Of a DNA stretch of 64,000 bases, positions 61,746 to 64,000 are shown piece after piece (the first letter of the stretch is position 1; every line of letters starts with the position of its first letter). The DNA comes from Desulfobacterales bacterium (lineage in GTDB: Bacteria; Desulfobacterota; Desulfobacteria; Desulfobacterales; UBA5616): contig JAWODC010000092.1 of NCBI GenBank assembly GCA_046483495.1, forward strand, positions 64,001 to 128,000, given 5' to 3'. The notes under the pieces were generated by a model. It made no database searches. It saw only the letters and a program-made list of their open reading frames with translations, and had not been told where the DNA came from. The position numbers and the translations under genes were made by a program.

Positions 61746-63317
61746 CTAACCTGCCCGATAGAGGTTTTCAATGTACATGGAAGCGGTTTCGTCCCAGGAA
61801 AATCGTTTTTCGGCCGCCCGGCTACACAAGTGATCCCATCGATCCGGGGCGTCTTTCTTCATCATCAGGGCATCACGGATGGCGATGACAAAATGATCCA
61901 CCTGTTCGCACAGGGTGGCCCCGGTAAAGGCGAATCCATCGATACCGGGCTCTATCGTATCCTTCAATCCCCCCACGTGGTGAACGAGACACGGTTGACC
62001 GTCCCGCATGGCCAGCATCTGGCTGATCCCGCAGGGTTCGAACGAACTGGGCATCAGAAAGAGATCGCCGTTTGCATACAAGAGATCTGCACACGTGCCG
62101 GAAAACCCGTTTAGAAAGATGAATCGTTCAAACCGGGCGCTCATATCGGAGAAAAATCGCTCATATTCGGGGTCTCCTGTTCCTAAAAGGATATACAAAC
62201 CGTTGTGCGATTCCAAAAGGCGCAGAATTTCCAGAAATCCGGTGTTTCCGGTCGAGCCGCGGGATTTCATCAGGAGCATTTTTTGGTCCGTTAGGCGGCT
62301 GACACTGGTGGCCAGAATGAAGGGGCGTTCTGTCCGCATGCATTCGGAAAGCCTGGCGAATGCCAAAAAGTGGGAAGTCGCCGTTGTCTGTTTTCCCTCG
62401 GTCCAATTCAGAACGGCAGACTTGAATACGCCGATCATATCGTGAAAATCGAGCTTCGGGGGGCGCCGGCTTCCCGGATACGGACAACCGTTCAGAATGC
62501 CGAAAAGCCGGTTGTTGTGCTTTGCGAGTCTGAGATCCGTCTCCAGGCATTCGCCACCGGAAAATACATCGGGTTTGCGGCACGGTGCCAGGAGTTCCTC
62601 GGCATAAGAGGGAGAAACGGTGTGAACGGCTTCGGCAAACCGGATGCCCGCAGCCATCGGATTTACGCAATTCGTCCAGGTGGGATCGGAAATTTCCATG
62701 GGGTTGTAAACCATTTCCGGCCACCAGGCATTCAATGATGATTCATCCCCTGCCATTGGACGGGTCCCCTGAAGGGCGAGATTGTGAATGGTAAAGACGG
62801 TACGGATGGTTTTCAGCGAGGAAAAATCGGTGTGGAAACGGCGCAGTATGAGGAAAAAAGCACAGTGCCAGTCGTGCAGATGGATGCAGTCCGGACATTC
62901 GATCCGGCCTTTTACGATGGCGGCTGCCAGTGCCGTGCAGAACAATGAGAACCGGTCGGCATCCGTGGCGAAAGGGCGGTCTGAAGGGTCATTCATGTAG
63001 ATCCGATATTTCCCCGCCGCCGGTGCCGCAAACAGCGGATGATCGAAAACCAGGTGCAGGACGGGGTCCTCCGGGATACGGGCGTTCACTCGGTGGATAT
63101 CCGCCTTTTGGCTCAAACCCCGAAAATGAAAATCAACCGAGCCGATATATTCGGCGGGATTTTCAAGGTGAATAAAACCATATGAAGGGATAACCGTGGT
63201 CAGCCGGCATGACTGTTTCGCCAGGGCAGGTCCGATTTCACCGATGACATCGGCCAGTCCTCCGGCCTTTGCATACCGCAGCGCATTGTTTTCCGCGGCC
63301 GCCATCAGAATGTTCAT
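61746..63317 (-). CDS. glgA: Glycogen synthase (GT5)
   Basis: KAGGLADV, HLHDWH, FTIHNLA.QG, TVSPSYA, MPSSFEPCGISQM, VGGLKDT. Confidence 0.92.
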   Translation of the reverse strand: MNILMAAAENNALRYAKAGGLADVIGEIGPALAKQSCRLTTVIPSYGFIHLENPAEYIGSVDFHFRGLSQKADIHRVNARIPEDPVLHLVFDHPLFAAPAAGKYRIYMNDPSDRPFATDADRFSLFCTALAAAIVKGRIECPDCIHLHDWHCAFFLILRRFHTDFSSLKTIRTVFTIHNLALQGTRPMAGDESSLNAWWPEMVYNPMEISDPTWTNCVNPMAAGIRFAEAVHTVSPSYAEELLAPCRKPDVFSGGECLETDLRLAKHNNRLFGILNGCPYPGSRRPPKLDFHDMIGVFKSAVLNWTEGKQTTATSHFLAFARLSECMRTERPFILATSVSRLTDQKMLLMKSRGSTGNTGFLEILRLLESHNGLYILLGTGDPEYERFFSDMSARFERFIFLNGFSGTCADLLYANGDLFLMPSSFEPCGISQMLAMRDGQPCLVHHVGGLKDTIEPGIDGFAFTGATLCEQVDHFVIAIRDALMMKKDAPDRWDHLCSRAAEKRFSWDETASMYIENLYRAG

Positions 63318-63385
63318 TGCCGTCTCCGTTTCAAAGGTGAATGCGTTTGAATTGTCACTTATATAACAAGATACAATGCATTGAA

Positions 63386-63403
63386 ATACATTCATTGCCC
63401 CAT
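63386..63403. promoter_or_regulatory. 18-bp box (weak copy) between divergent glucosyltransferases
   Basis: ATACATTCATTGCCCCAT, ~70-75 bp from both start codons. Confidence 0.4.
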
Positions 63404-63477
63404 TTCCATTGTGCTTACCTCATGTTAGACATGATCTTCATAGCCCGTCTCGAACGAAAGATCCGAAGGAGGAGCCG

Positions 63478-64000
63478 ATGAAAATCGCCATGCTGACCAG
63501 GGAATATCCCCCTCATATCTATGGCGGCGCCGGCGTTCATGTGGACAATCTGACCCGTGAACTGAGCAGACTCGACAACAGGGCTCACGAGTTTCATGTA
63601 TGGTGTTTTGGTGAACAGGACGGCGTTGAAAAAAACATTCGCATTCGAGGAATTCAACAGCAGCCCCAAATGGGGAACGGCATCTATAATCATCCGGTTA
63701 TCGTGGATGCCCTGACCCGTAACACGGTAATGGCGGATACGGTGCAGCAGGCCGATCTCGTCCATTGTCATACGTGGTACACCCATTTTGCCGGCTGCCT
63801 GCTGAAAGAACTTTTAAGTGTGCCCCTGGTGATAACCACCCACTCGCTGGAACCTCACCGGCCGTGGAAGGAAGAGCAGCTGAAGAGAGGGTATTCGGCC
63901 GCATCCTGGCTGGAGAAAACCGCCTATGAAAACGCGGACGGCGTCATTGCCGTATCCGCAGCGATGAAACAAGACGTTCAGGCGCTTTACCATGTTCCGG
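63478..64000 (+). CDS. GT4 glycogen-synthase-like glucosyltransferase (actinobacterial GlgA/GlgM type), partial
   Basis: Not in ORF track. Manual translation MKIAMLTREYPPHIYGGAGVHV...HCHTWY...TTHSLEPHRPWKEEQL; RBS AGGAGG. Confidence 0.9.
   Translation, partial: MKIAMLTREYPPHIYGGAGVHVDNLTRELSRLDNRAHEFHVWCFGEQDGVEKNIRIRGIQQQPQMGNGIYNHPVIVDALTRNTVMADTVQQADLVHCHTWYTHFAGCLLKELLSVPLVITTHSLEPHRPWKEEQLKRGYSAASWLEKTAYENADGVIAVSAAMKQDVQALYHVP

Overview
Chromosomal window from a sulfate-reducing deltaproteobacterium (Desulfobacterales-like, inferred from reductive-type dsrABD-dsrN and a tetrahaem cytochrome c3). The first ~23 kb is mostly core or metabolic genes: MBL hydrolase, NUDIX, OmpA/OprF, queF, REC-adenylate cyclase, tatA/tatC, cytochrome c3, prmA-like, dsrN, dsrD, dsrB, dsrA, an atypical CoA-transferase pair, SDR, alkaline phosphatase, DUF1566 and a GAF sigma-54 activator. 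The activator is followed by a candidate sigma-54-dependent sRNA. From ~23.2 kb to the window end lies a stress/dormancy-type cluster: USP, OtsB-GH65 fusion, a complete N-ATPase operon with an inserted cation/H+ antiporter, PEP synthase, BON protein, phosphoribosyltransferase, PRC-barrel, DegP, three kinase-less NarL regulators, ferritin-like, APH-AAA kinase, VKOR-DsbA, UDG, PolX, dodecin, YHS-LDH, FbaB and two glycogen synthases. Most promoter regions in this cluster carry a shared 18-bp pseudo-palindromic box (ATAGGGTTAATCCTGTAT-like), which suggests a DosR-like regulon. A family of ~143-146 bp hairpin elements with variable stems but fixed internal motifs occurs five times. All calls come from reading motifs by eye; no database searches were run. 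No rRNA, tRNA, CRISPR array, transposase or integrase was seen.
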